A stretch of 64,000 nt of DNA from Trichinella spiralis (Eukaryota): contig NW_003526948.1 in NCBI RefSeq assembly GCF_000181795.1, forward strand, positions 3,194,621 through 3,258,620, read 5' to 3'. Below the pieces are notes generated by a model. The model worked only from the letters and a program-made list of their open reading frames with translations, did no database searches and was not told the origin of the DNA. Made by a program: the position numbers and the translations under genes. Positions 12,005 through 32,069 of the stretch are shown piece by piece. Each line of letters starts with the position of its first letter. Within the stretch, counting starts at the first letter, position 1.

Positions 12005-14804
12005 TCAACTACGGCTATCAGTGCTTGAAGTTGTGGTGGAGGATGATGATGAAGAACTGCGAACGCGTCGTGTACTTCTGCCATGTCTGCTGGATCTGCG
12101 TTTCGATTTCCGCTTACCTCTCTTCGAATATTTCTCTTTACGATCTTGTCCACTGGACTCCACCTTTCTGCTTCTCTTGGACAATTCCATTGCATCCTGC
12201 TGATATTTCCTCCTCCGGTGCCGGTCCTCTTTTCGGTCCGGAGTCGGAGATCGGTCATTTTTCTTCTTCGGCTTTCTCCTGCTGGACGAGGAAGACCCCT
12301 TTTCGAACGATTTCGACAATTCCACAGTGCGATTTTTCTTTTCCGACGAACGGTGGTGCTTTTTCGAACTCGACTCTTTCGACCGCTGCTTGTCAATCTC
12401 CACCTGAGACCGACCACCACTGAGGTCCAACTCCAACGATTCGTCCTCATCCGCTGCCGACCGTTCATCATTTTGACTCTTTTTCTTTTCTTCCAACTCA
12501 ACTGACGCTGCTTCTGCTGCGGTTACCATTGTTGCACCACCATCAATTTTGACAGTTTCATTTTTCAGCCTAACCATTGGAGAACTGAAATTCTGCCCTT
12601 CATTTTCGGATTTCGATAATTCAGTCACTTCAGCACAATCATATTCACTTCGATGACGTTTATTTTCAGGTGGCGGTTCTTCTTGTTCATCGGTTGTATT
12701 CGCTTTCATGCTGTCACTGTTTGAACCTTTCACCGACAGCTCATCAAGCCCACTGATAAATTTCTTCTTTGATAAAGTTTCCGGTGTCAAAGTGGACAAT
12801 TCAGCTTTTTTCTCTTTCGAATCGGAATCTAAATCCACACATCTGTACTAACAGTTATCATTGTTGTATGTAGTTTTGCTTACCATCGATAGTAGATTCA
12901 CTTTTATTTTCTTTGGAATTTTGTGAATCATTTGATGATTTTGAATCATTATGCTGTTTGGTGGACTTCGTCAGTGATGGATCCTGCTTTGAATCTTGCT
13001 GTTGCAGCCGATGATGACGATGATGACGATAATGATGACGACGATGGGAACTGCTGGCTTTCGCCTTCATAAATAAGGGCTTCGCTTCATCATTTACGTT
13101 GCTTCTACTTGAACGTTTAGGCGAATCATTTTTGTCATGTTTCTTTTCTTTTCCTTTTTCCTCATTCGGCTGTAAATTGACTAAATCAGCTTCGTTTTCG
13201 ACAAATTTCGATTCCATCTCAATTCGCTTTTTCAATTCTTTAGAGCTAGTCTCGGCCGGTGAGCGGGATCCTCTGCTGCGCTTGAAAGACGACGACGACG
13301 ACGCTACGGGGTCCTTTTTGGGAGACTTTTGTTCCCTGGAATCATTTTTGCGTGCGGTCGATTTTTCGGGACGTGAACGATGATACGACGAACCACTGCT
13401 AGAGCTCGATCTCCTCCGTCGCCTGTCGCGCCTCCTGGACCGTCTCCTGGGCCTCAGGTGCGGAGGTGTGCTCGACCGAATGAAATACCGTCGAGGCGGT
13501 GTACGTGGGCTTCGATCTCGGCTTCGACTGTAACGACGTCTGGACCGACTCCGTCGCCGCGAATGGCGCCTCGACCCACGGTGGTACAGAGGAGAGTTGG
13601 CGCGTTGGATCAGCCGGTCGACCTCGTCTTCGTTGAACGGCGCCGCCGTGGCCAGGATGCCCGACTGGCGAACCGCCTCTTCCACCTCCTTCTTGGCCAT
13701 GTCCAACGTCTTGGCCAGCGGTTTCGCAATGGACGTGTTCGAGTGCCACATCCTCAATCTCTGTCCTTTGTAAAGTAAACCATTTTTCTGCAACGCGTTC
13801 ACTACAGACAGCTGACTGCTGAATTCCACGTAAGCACAACGCTGGGCTGCATCCCGACGACCGGCCATGCGCAGGTACATTACCTCTCCAATGTTGTCAT
13901 TCAAGAACATCATCAAATCGTACTTATCCACGTCCGCAGCCAGTCCACTGATGAACACTGTTCTTCGGACCTCTTCCACAGTCGACATTGGCAAACTGCC
14001 CGACAACGGTGGATATGCAGGTAGGCCCAGTTGAGTCAACTTCGGATCGATGGTCACAATCAAATCTCGACCATCAACATGCCTTGTCTCGCTAACCACA
14101 CCCAACGGAAGTTGTCTCTGACCAGGCAACGTTGGACCGCCCAGCATCAATGCCATATCTTCTTCCGGTATTTTCCCCTCCGGAACGGGCACGCAAATCA
14201 ACGCCCGGTCGATGAACACCGTATTGGTCATGTGTTGAGCAGTGTCAGCGCTCGACGATCGCACATAGCGAATATAACAAAGTTTGGTTTGTCCGATAAA
14301 ATTAGTCTGGTTCGTATCCGTTGGATACATGCGAAACTCTTCAATACGACCAAAATAAGAAAACATGTGATAAATCTGTTCACGGGTCAACAACGGCGAG
14401 ATGCTGCTAATCTGCACCAAATGCACTTTCTCGTTCCACCTTCGTTCGTTTTCTGAAACACAACCAACAAGGATCAAATTCCAAACGACAAATACCAGAT
14501 GATTGCAGTCAAATTTTGGTTTATTACACCTTTTACTACAATTGCATCAAAATCGATGAATCAACTTGCAAAATCAATCAAATTCACTTAAAAAACAATA
14601 TCGATTAACTAAATGAGAATTCAAAAAATAGAAAAAAAAATAATCTGCCTTAAATGGTAAAGCAGCATTAGCTGTAATTTCTCAACGATGAACGACGTTT
14701 TCTGATGCAATCATCTATATACAAAATAAACCTGACCTCGTCACACCGAAATTAAACAATTACTAATCACTAAAATTAGTAACCAAACAATTACGCTTAC
14801 TCAT
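12005..14804 (-). CDS. rsp-7: SR splicing factor of the SRSF11(p54)/SREK1 family: two RRMs, an RS domain and a long charged tail; start exon uncertain
   Basis: RRM1 reads VQISSISP...FSYFGRIEE...AQHMTNTVFIDRALIC; RRM2 reads EEVRRTVFISGL...AYVEFS; an RS region follows. ORFs 12858..14477 and 12005..12838 join through a 55-nt intron (12883-12829, GTAAGC...TTTAG). The best start is ATG A|gtaagc at 14804, spliced to 14452. Confidence 0.85.
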
Positions 14805-16951
14805 AAATAGTCAAACTAATTTTTTTTCCACTTTCAAAATAAAAAAAATATAATCACGAGATACAATACAAAAAATGACAAACATAAGAAATGAACACAC
14901 TATCATCGTCTTACATCAAAAGAGTTAGCGAAAAATGACTGAAAAAAAAACAGTGTAAGCATGGATGGCTAAACTGTATTTTCAGAAATGTTCACCCGAC
15001 AAATGGAATTCTAAAATAAAAATATTCTACCAACACAAATGGATATTTTCACTGCTCATTTTCTACATCAGTACTTCCACTCCTAACTGCAGTGCAACTG
15101 TTCAACTTAATGAGAACAAATTCATAAAAAAACGCCCTTTATTCGATTGATAAAGAATTGAAATTGTAATTAAATTAAACATATCAAAACAAAATATATG
15201 TTTCAAATATATCAAGCACCTGAATAAAAGTTCTGCTCAGGTAAAATGGTATTAATGTAAAACTTTTAAATCACTTCGCTTTTGATAAAATTAATAAAAA
15301 AAAACAACGATAGTAGAAACAATTTTGATTAAAATGAAAGCAAAACAGCAAAATAAAATGAAAATTTCCCAAGTACAACGCTTTAAAAGTAACACAATTT
15401 GTAACAAATAAATGACTTACTCGCCATGGCTTCAATAAATAAAATGTTCGAAAGTTGTACAACTGCACTGTTATGATGTCACTTGCTAAAACAGTTTTAT
15501 CATTAGACAGCAATAAAAGCAGTGGAAATGTTGCAGTAGTGCAAGACATGTAAAAGTAAAACAATGAACAACTGCGAGAGTAATTTTTAAAATATCAGAT
15601 AACGGATAAATTTTCATATACTTTACACTTTTTTTTCCTTTTTACAAAAGATTAACTGCTCAAGGATTAACAAAAATTAGTAGTAAACATTTAACGGTAA
15701 ACACGGCAAGTACTCGACAATATTTTCAGCAGCATACTACAAACTAAAAATAACTTCGATAATATAAAATGTTACTCACATTACGGTAAATCAATTCAAA
15801 ACCATACTACTGAAGAGTAAAATAATTTTTCATTACTTCATCATGGTTACATAAAAAACTTGTAACGTACACCTCAGAACGAACCTTCATAACATGCATC
15901 ACTTACAACAATTATAAAAACCCAATTACATTCATTTTACATGCTAAGCAAACAATGTAACAACACTAATAACACTTATTGTAAAGTCAAAAATGAGATT
16001 AATAAATGCAGCGAAACTTCACAAAATATAAAAATTTTAATTTAATTACACATATGTAAAATTATTAATATAAAAAACATCACTTCCAGAAGCATGATGA
16101 ACTTATGATAAATAATAATGTACTGTATTTCAAAAATACTCAGGTTTAACCTTATTCCCATAAAATATCATAAATATCGAGTGAATTCGAAATCAAGTTT
16201 ATCAAATAAATCTAATGCCTATTAAAAAAGATAATCTATAATTTACTCTTTACTTCAAAAAATTGAAACATTTAGTTTTAAAGATTTCATTGTAACATTA
16301 CTGTTTTGCATATGGTATGCGTAAAAAATTTTGAAGTGTGACTTATAATTACTGTACCTCATTGGTTCTTCTTTTAATTATTACTTTTTATTACGCGCCC
16401 TATACAGAATTTTACGTGAAGTTCGATGATTTTTACCTTAAATTTAAAATACTGCTTCAAGTGCTAATAATGCAAAAACATACTGTAACTTTTCAAAAGC
16501 TACAAGCTGATAATGAAAGTAGACACACATTCTTAAATCTTTTGCATCAAAGTTGTGAAAATATTTTTATCTGTTTTTTTCCATTAAAAAGGCATTAATA
16601 TTTGTTAACAGTTCAAGTTCCTTAGCAATAAGAGAATGATAAATAATAATTTAATGGAAGACACTTTACAAACTTTTAAATTTATCAATAACAAAATCGC
16701 CTGAAAAATATTCCTAATATTCTATATGATTATAATTGAGAAGAACTGCAAAAACAAATTGAAACTGCTTTTTATTCAAATACAAAACCCTAAAATACAC
16801 AGAAATTATCATCTTCACTAGAGTAATCTGAAACTACTATGCGATCGCATAACAATTAATCACAATCCCATTAGAAAACGGCATATAAATATCACAGCAC
16901 ACACGAATAACCCTAATCCAGCAGAAATTTCATCATAATAAATAATTAAAT

Positions 16952-17998
16952 TCATTTGTTTTCATTCCCATTTATCTTAGCATTTTTACGAATATCTGAT
17001 GACAAATATCTTTTCAAATTTGGACGATTCATAAAGCGTGAATGATAAATCGTCAGTGCTGTAAAATTTTCCAAGCAACTTGACGAAAGTATCAAAAGCA
17101 CGTCCAGAAGTTCAGCCAATGCATAGTCGGCAAAGGTTATCTAAAAAATGCTTTTCATAAATTTCAATTTATTCAAATTTTCAAAGTAGTATTCACAATT
17201 ATCATTTGAAAAATGGGAAAATTAAACTTTATTCATGTGAAAATGATTTTTACAATGGCCAAAAATGAAAATTCATCAATTACCTCGTCATCCAAAATGT
17301 ATTTCTTTCCTGTAAGTATTTTTTCAAATTTCGCCAATTCATCTGGCAACACTTCGTTAATAAATTTACCCTTTGACTCATGCTACAATAAAAGAGTGTT
17401 AAAATTAAAATCACTAAATAAAACTATAATTTTACTTACAAAAGAATCGCTGTATATCAGACGAGCATATTTTAATCGCAAATCAACAACGCCCTCGTAT
17501 ATTTGGTCGACGTAAGTCATTTCTTCTGCGTTTCCATACAAGCCTAAAGTTAAAATATTAAGAAAATTGCGTTTATGGAAAACAAATTTTAAATTTCCAC
17601 CAAATCGACGCCCCAGATGACGCATTATAGCTCCAGATTGAACGATCGGCTGATCATCCTCATAAAGACATGGAACTTGCCCGAACAACTAAATATTATC
17701 GAATATTTAAATTATTAAAACAAACAGTACAACTAAATTGCATATTTTAAACTTTTTCTAATCAAAGTTCATTAAATAAATTCAAAAAAAAAAATTAAAA
17801 ACCATTTGGGACTTTATTTCGGGCCAATCTTTTTGCTGAATACGGTTGTCAAGAAATTCAACTCTTTGATCATGAAGCAACAGTCGTATGGGTTCTGCCA
17901 AGCCTGAAAGGTACACAAATGGTAATAAAACTATGCAAAGTATGCGTGTGCGAAAAATTACCCCTTATAGGAAAGTAAACCAACTTGTATAGTGGCAT
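16952..17998 (-). CDS. Glutathione S-transferase, pi class (copy 1)
   Basis: MPLYKLVYFPIRG|LAEPIRLLLHDQ...FGQVPCL...QSGAIMRHLGRRF|GLYG...FADYALAELLD...KINGNENK*. The catalytic Tyr and GSH-site motifs are intact and the introns are canonical. Confidence 0.93.
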
Positions 17999-18655
17999 TT
18001 TAGCAAGAGTCGCAACTTTCAAACTGCTCGAGAGACACTGAAAATTGCAAATTTGTAAAAGCAAACATGAGCAAACACGGAACTGAAAATTGAACGCGCA
18101 TATAGAACGGCTACAAAGAAAAAAAAAGAGAAAAGTTTCAACGCCAATTCTCCACTGCTTTTTCGATCGTTCGCGTGCAGACAATAGTGCAAAGTTGGCA
18201 GAGTAGGCAAACAATTTATGTGCAACAGGTTCGAAATGAAACTACTCGTTTTCTATTTGAAAAATATGCAAAACGCCTCCACGTTAGTTCAAATGCAAAG
18301 CATTGAACAGAATGTAAAAATTCTGAAATGGTGACATTTGGAAAATAAGATGACAAAACGAAAATGAAGGAGAATCGTCTGTCAGAAAACTGTTAACGCA
18401 TTGTACAAAATTGGGCTATTCATTGGGCAACAATGCCGACGCCCCTGCTCCAAGAAATCACAAATGACACGTTCAAAGAACAGTATGTTGAGAATGTCAA
18501 CGCAAGTGGCACTTCGGGTGTTGAATCAACTCTGTCTACATTCTCAGCTCTTTGAATTGACTAACAATCTCAAAATTTATCATACCACAAATATACAACA
18601 CCAACCATCAAGCAAACAGCACACAACCGACAACACCGACAATCAGAAACGAAAC

Positions 18656-18715
18656 CTTAGCCACATCGTCAACTGCTCAACAGACACGACGACCGACGGC
18701 AAATGACGTCACACC
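18656..18715 (-). promoter_or_regulatory. Putative promoter and non-coding first exon of GST copy 1, with a CRE palindrome
   Basis: TGACGTCA at 18704-18711, a GC-rich stretch, a donor AAG|GTTTCG at 18655, and a TTTTCAG acceptor near 18038 just upstream of the ATG. Confidence 0.35.
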
Positions 18716-19116
18716 TTTTGCTCGTTCGATCGTATCTAACTTTCAGGAACAAAGAAATCCATAAAGTTGTTTGATAAAGAAAATCGAAACAGGAATAGTA
18801 GAAAATTCACAAATAAATTTTAAAAATTCATAAATAGTTGTTTCGCAACATTTTCAAAAATTATATTTACAAATAAAAGAAAATTTTTTACACTACAATA
18901 GAATATGCGCATGAAGGTTTAACGAATAGTGCAATTTAGTAAACGCAATTTTTATTTAAAATAACAATTTTCAACTATTTAGCGTTGCATTGAAACTGTT
19001 GCTGCTACTACAAAATTTTGCTTAATCGTACAATTCATCAACAGCAAAATATTCTTATTGATTTCAATAACTAGCAGTATAGTGTTAATTTTTTAAATCA
19101 TATAATCAATCGTATT

Positions 19117-20111
19117 TTAATTTAATCGAATTTTCTTGTGATCGTCAGATTTCAAATATGCTTTCAAATTTGGATGATCAGTAATAAAGTCTGCATGATA
19201 AACTTTCAAAGTCGGGAAACTGGACAGACAAGCTGGTGACAGCATTAACAATGTGTCGAGCATGTCGAATAGCGAATAGTCGGCAAATGATATCTGAAAA
19301 ATAATTTTTTTTTCATCAATAGCATTTATTTTGTACAGATAAACATTGAAGTGAAAAAAATGCTGCTTTTCGTTCACCTTGTCATTCAAAATGTACTTCT
19401 TTCCTTTCAGCAAATTTTCAAATTTCTGCAATTCAACCGAAAGTACTTCTTTTGTAAACTTTTCCACTTCTTCTTCCTGTAAATTGACTTATTAATAAAT
19501 ATATATAAATCACTCAATTATATTCAATTTTACTAACAGAATGTTCAGTATAAATGAAAGGTGCGTATTTTCTTTTCAAATCACAAATGCCCTCATATAT
19601 TTCATCAACGTATGTCATTTCATCTGCATTTCCGTACAAATCTAAAGCAGAGATGGTAATTTTATTAAAGTTGCAAAAACAGTTCCTACCAAAACGACGG
19701 CCCAAATGGCGCATTATAGCACCGGATTGAACAATTGGATTGCCGTTTTCATAAAGACATGGAACTTGTCCAAACATCTAAAAGAAATTCAATAAAATCA
19801 GTTTATTAGTATTAATTAATTTTATTCAAATGTTAAAGTGTTAAAAAATTATTTTTTTGTTTCCTTGAACAAGTGAAAAATTACAAACCCCTATAGTTGG
19901 TTTAATTTTTGGCCATTCATTTCTGTCAAAACGATGGTCAATGAATTCAATTTTCTGATCATGAAACAACAGACGAATCGGTTCGGAAAGTCCTAGAAAA
20001 TAATATATTCAAAATTAACAATTTGTTGATCAAACAAAAATTTGAAAAAACAACTGAAAGAAAGAAATTACCTCGAACATCGAAGTATGATAGCTTGTAT
20101 AGAGGAGCCAT
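19117..20111 (-). CDS. Glutathione S-transferase, pi class (copy 2)
   Basis: MAPLYKLSYFDVRG|LSEPIRLLFHDQ...MFGQVPCL...QSGAIMRHLGRRF...ISFADYSLFDMLD...KKIRLN*; intron positions match copy 1. Confidence 0.93.
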
Positions 20112-21218
20112 TTAACGATGTGGAAAATGAAGTCAGGCGAACCGTCTAGTTTAGCAAGACAAATTTCCCATTTTATATCAACGCAAAACAAACACAGGCA
20201 TCAACTAAGCAAACTAGCTTTTACCAGCACGTAAACAGTTCCAAAAAACAATGATAACCAACTGACAGTTTACTACACAAACATTTCCACTTATCACCAT
20301 GTCATGCGACGGAAAGCAATAAATTCATTGGACATTTTAGACACAGAAAAATATATAATAAAAGTTTCGAACATTTTATGTTGAAAAGAAATCAGTATAA
20401 TATAATATAAATTATTCATATAATAAAAACATTCGTACATTTATTTTTTACTTTTTTTAAAAATTATTTTGATATTTTTATAAATTAATGCGCAGAATTA
20501 TACTTTTAAAATAATCTACAGTAATACATCTATTAATGAAATATTTTTTCATTTACAGTGAAGTAAGAAATTTTATTAAAATAAAAAAAAATTTATCTTA
20601 AAGATTTATAATTGAATTTATTGTAAAAATGAAAAAGTGTACTCTGAAAGTTTAGCATAAACATTTTATTCATTTTTTTGGAATTCATGTTTTCAGTATT
20701 AAAAACACTTTTAAAATTTTTAATATTTTGTAATTTATAAAAATTTTAATTTTCAGTTAAAAAATTTAAGTAATTCTGTAATAATTACAAATATGAAGCA
20801 ATCTTGACATATATAGGTCAAGTATTGTACATTTTAATCATTATACTGTAGCTGAAGCATTGTTTTTCTTATTCTGCGTTTTGTCTCTGAGGTATGTGGT
20901 TGTTATGCTCTTTGAATTTTATTTATGAAATAATTTCAATTTTTTAAACTTTAAATTGAACGATAAATTTGTATAATCTGTATATCATTGCGTCGTAGTG
21001 ATATCCTTTTTATTAGTGATAGTGAATACATGAATTAATCCGTGCGAAAACATTTTCTTGATTTATGGCAGATGTTATAGATTAAAATTATTTCATTGGT
21101 TTAGAGTATTGTTTTGTTATATGTTTTTTAGTGTAAATAATTTTAAGGTTCTATTTTTGTTATTATTATATTATCATTAAAATTTGTGTATTATATTGAT
21201 ATTTCAGCGATTTCAAGT

Positions 21219-21844
21219 ATGGCAGAGAAATCGGTGAATCTCAAGGATGATGACGAGATTTATCGAGAACTTCGTGAGCTTGGCCTCAAATTTGGACCAA
21301 TTACAGACAGCACTCGATGGTTGTACTTGAAAAAGTTAGGTGCTGCTTTAGAGGCCTACAGTGTCAGTCAGAATCTTGACAAGGCTGCGGAGGAAATGAG
21401 GAAACGACGAATCGGTGCGCCACTGGACAAATCGGCTGAGCAGCTTAATAAAGAGTAAGAAGCTTATTTTTTGAAATAATTTTACAAATTTTTTTTTAGT
21501 AATCAATTGGAAGGAAGTGAGACAGTTCGAACATTTGAGGACGATCCTTTTAAGATTACGCCGATTTATCCGTATCCTCCACCGAAGTAAAGGATTTTCT
21601 GTTTATCATTTTGTGATGATGTTGCTTACTTATAATGATTTACTACTATTTATTTATTAGAAAGCGTCTTCCTCATGGACTGATTAAAAGACGAATTCCA
21701 ATTGTTCGAAACCGAGAACCGGAGTTAGAACGAAACAAGAATTCAGGTTGGAACATCATCAATATTGGGATGTTGGCATTGTTTGCTGTTTTTTTCGTTG
21801 TGTTCATTTACATGCTGATCTACCGTGTGAACAACGATACTTGA
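21219..21844 (+). CDS. Small LEM-domain inner nuclear membrane protein (emerin-like); 3 coding exons
   Basis: LEM motif DDEIYRELRELGLKFGPITDSTRWLYLKKL at the N-terminus and a single C-terminal TM helix (IINIGMLALFAVFFVVFIYMLI); TTTCAG acceptor just before the ATG. Confidence 0.85.
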
Positions 21845-24520
21845 ACACTGAATTGGAATTTTCTTAAAATGGTACAAAAAGCAGCAACACTGATAAAATA
21901 AAGTGACAAATCTTGGAATCATGTGTTTTATTTGACAGCATCAAGCTGAAGTTAAACAGTAGACATGATTTTATTATTTCACCATATTTAGTTATTAATT
22001 CCAACTTAGCGTAATCCTTTTACAGAATATTTTTAAAGTGAATAAGTTATTGTTGAAATCGAAAACTAACTCATACAGTTGTGCATTGTGATGCTACTAT
22101 TGTAAATAAACGCAACCATCATTTTTAATGTTAAGAATAGTATGAGCAATAAGAGTAATGAAAATGAGGCTACACCGAAATATGCAATATTTCAGGCAAT
22201 CCAAAATTTATAATTCTTTTATTATAAAAAACTTATTTGCAAATTGTTGAGCTACAGTATGAATTTATAAACTGCGTATCACCAAATGTTCAACTTTTTT
22301 CTACAGTAAAAGTTTAAGATATGTTGATGAAATGTCTTTTTAATGCCTACAGTTTTTCCACTATTTGTTCGAAATGAAAGAATAATTTCAAACATAATTT
22401 GCTTTGCAAAATGAGCAGCATATTATTTTTTTCAATATTTAATTCATGCATTCATTTTGAAATTTACAAATTGAAATTTTTTTCTTATAATACGATCAAC
22501 TACTCTAATGTCCAACTATATACAGTACATTGGACTGCATGAAGAATAATGAGGGTGTGATGTACAATTTTAGATTATTGTTAGTAATATTTGCAGTATA
22601 AATTCAGTTAAATATTTTTTAAAATTCTATTTTATGGGAATCATATATATTTTCAAAAATTTTTACTTATCACACTGTAAAGCATTTCTAATTTGAATTT
22701 GTTTCTGGTTATAATTAATTTACAGTCAGTGATGTTAGCTGTATAATTCTCTTTTCATTCTCCATATGTTAGCTTATCAAGCGAGAAAATATTGAAACGT
22801 AGGTCAAATGTCTATGAAAAAGTGAAGCACATTTCACCGTATGCAATAACGTATGACAATGTAGACAGCAGACGTCTTAAATTTTATATGACAATTACGC
22901 CTACTTTTGAAAATAATAATCTACGATCATATTAATTAGCTAAAATGTCATCATAAAACTTTATCAATCAAGTACCAAAGCTGGACTTATCAGCAAAGAG
23001 GTTTGTATCAATTTTACAATCAAATACGTTTGCAGTTTTTATGTTAACGAAATTCAGTTATTATGACTGGATTAAAACATGTTTTTAGTTAATTTCATTT
23101 AACATTTATGAAATGTTTATTGAATTTGCTTAACGGACCACCTTTAGGTTTTCAATATTGGAATTTGAAATGATGAAGTGTATGTATTATGATAATACTT
23201 TCGTTCAACATCGTTTAAATACAAGTGGGAATGGAAAGATTAAAAATATCTGTTGTGGTATAAATTATTTTTCATTTCAAGCTAATGAAATGCTATTTGA
23301 AAGCATTTGCTCAACGTAAAGTTGTAAATTTATTCCTCTAGGACAAATGTTCAAGTCACAGTTAAGAACTCCTCTTCTTTTGCTTTTGGTGCAAAGGATT
23401 TTAAATTGCTTTTGTATGTCTGTGTTTGCTAAATTATCAAATATGTTGGTTGTTGTTCATTTTAATCAAAATGAAAAACTGATTGCAACTGTTCACAATT
23501 AACAAATGTCCGACCAGTTGAAATTGTAACTTATTCATTCAGCGCTACCTTGCTTTGTCGTCATTTTGAATCCAGTTTCTGATTGAACTACACGGCTAAA
23601 TGCTTATGTTGAATTTCATTAAAAGTTCTGATAAATTATTAGCTTGCTTTCAATGCGCACGTATGATTTCTATTCGCCTGTAACTTCAAAATAAAAAACA
23701 ATCGCTTTAAAATCAGTATTAATGTGAGAGAAATTGATTTTTTAAAAAATAAGATTAAACTAATGGCATATGCTAACTGTCGTCTTAACAGTATTTCACA
23801 ATCTCTAATTTTTGTATTCATATTTTCGTATTCAAATACCAGCAATTACATCTGATACCCCAAACAATAATATTTATGTACATTTTCATGCAAAATGTCA
23901 CTAATACGTAAATTTCAACTGCTACGAGTTAGGAAAATACTGAAAAGTCACATTCATTAAATTCAAAAATTCTATACATAATGTTCAGTACGTTCATCTA
24001 AAAAAGATTTAATTGAAATATTTGACCATATTAGAAATTTTCTTTTTACTTAAAAAATTTATTCAGCTTGAAAATAATATGTTCACATATATTATTTTTT
24101 CACTCGCATGTAATTGTCATACTGTAGTTTATTTGAAACCAAATTGTTACCTGATTGTTTTTATTAGGGAAATTCTTTTGGTAGAAATAGAAAGACAAGT
24201 AGTAGTTAGTGTAGTGATTGAATGATACTTTTCGTTGTCACACGCAATGACCGATTTTTAATTAAACTCTCCGTTCTAATTTAATTATGTCTATCAATTC
24301 TGATGCTGTTCCTTTCAATTACTATTCTATCATTGTAATTTGTTATTGAACTCTGTAATTGCTGCTCATACAGCTGTACACGGCTTTCAGTTGTATAAGT
24401 GTGATTCTTGAAAGTTTCTCATATATTGATTTTGTTTTCAACGTACTATTTCTGCTTTTTGGTTAGCTTGAGCGTTAAAGCAACTGAGATGCGCATTTGC
24501 TGATTTATCGCATCGAAGTA

Positions 24521-30684
<6,164 letters not shown>

Positions 30685-31999
30685 ACTTAAGGTGATAGTT
30701 GCAGGTGTTCTCTACCAAAAAAGCATTATTTCAATGGATGGACATGAATATGAAGAGCAGTGATTTTATACTTTTCGTAGATGAGGACAACTTCAGCCGT
30801 AACTGAACACATAAATCAAATCAACATTTTGCCTTTACTGAAATTTATGACATTGTTCAGCCTCACCTGTTTTCTTATTAATTCCCCGTCCCCTTTCTTT
30901 GGAAATTCATTATTATCGTACATTTTATCGATTTTTTGTTGTTTGGCAATAATTTATATTGCGCTCAGCGCTTGCACACTTTTAACCACGACGTGGTAAG
31001 CAATGCATAATTTTAAAGACAATACTACGGAAATAAATGCAACATTTTGAATGAAATATTGCTAACCCAGTTTTAAATAAATCATTCAAAAATCAGACGT
31101 TCAATCTCAACATCGTAATTTAAGCACATTAATAATACTATTGATTTGCAAACTGAAAAAATATATGAACAGTGGAATTTATGATGAATGGATGGAAAGT
31201 GTTACAGTAGAAGATAAAAGTATTATGCTTAACCATCTTTATATTCCTACTGTATTTATATTCTTAGTTGTTGGTGTTAGTAGTGTGTTGTATTTACTGT
31301 TGTTCAACTTGCTCGTATTGTGTATGTGTTTGTTTGTATTTGGTCCATAGATAGCAGAAAACGCTATACTGTTGTACGTTAACTGATCACTGCAATCAAT
31401 CTTACCTGAACAACAGTTTCGAACAGAAATCTCTGGTATCTTTCACAGGATACAACAAAAAATGTTCAATAATTTATCAAATTATGCATTATCAGACCCT
31501 GATTATTCTATTATGCAGAGTAAAATATTATACATACTGTATCAGCGATAATTTACAAAGCATACGTGAGAGATATTGAGTGAACATTTTCAGTTGATGA
31601 ATTTATTGTCATCACTTGCAGAAATTGCAGTTTTATAAAAATCAAACTTAAGATGCTTTCACTTCACTGCTAAGAAACTTTCCGTGAAAAATATATTTAA
31701 AACTGGTTCGAGATGAGAGAGAACAAAGTGGACGCAACTTCTATTCACAAACTGATCTAATAATGCTAAGTTTTATCTGACCGAAGAAGCTACTGATAAA
31801 GCAATTGGGCAACGCGTTATCTTCTGCTCTGTTGGGGGTCGGCCGCTGCTGCCCTGCACACAGGGCGTTTAATTATAAAATTGCTGTACTGTGTTTGTTT
31901 GATGAAATAGACGAGTGAACGTGCTGCTAAATTTTAATTAAAGCTGTTGTTAATGCTGCGTTCAAGCGCCGGTTGTTTTCTATAGCGAACTTGCTGCTT

Positions 32000-32009
32000 C
32001 TGCTACTAT

Positions 32010-32041
<32 letters not shown>

Positions 32042-32069
32042 TTACTTGTACTATTACTACTACTGCTAC
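32000..32069. repeat. Imperfect (CTA)n microsatellite
   Basis: Read directly; it explains the poly-Leu ORF 31973..32155. Confidence 0.9.

Noticed and set aside
12858..12883. Apparent frameshift or premature stop splitting the SR gene
   Set aside because: Resolved by a canonical 55-nt intron.
11947..14456. Several long antisense and alternate-frame ORFs over the SR gene
   Set aside because: Expected shadows of low-complexity R/S/K coding sequence.
22770..23420. Series of acceptor/donor-like pairs between the LEM gene and NEDD4
   Set aside because: Attempts to chain them hit stops quickly, and such signals are common in AT-rich DNA.
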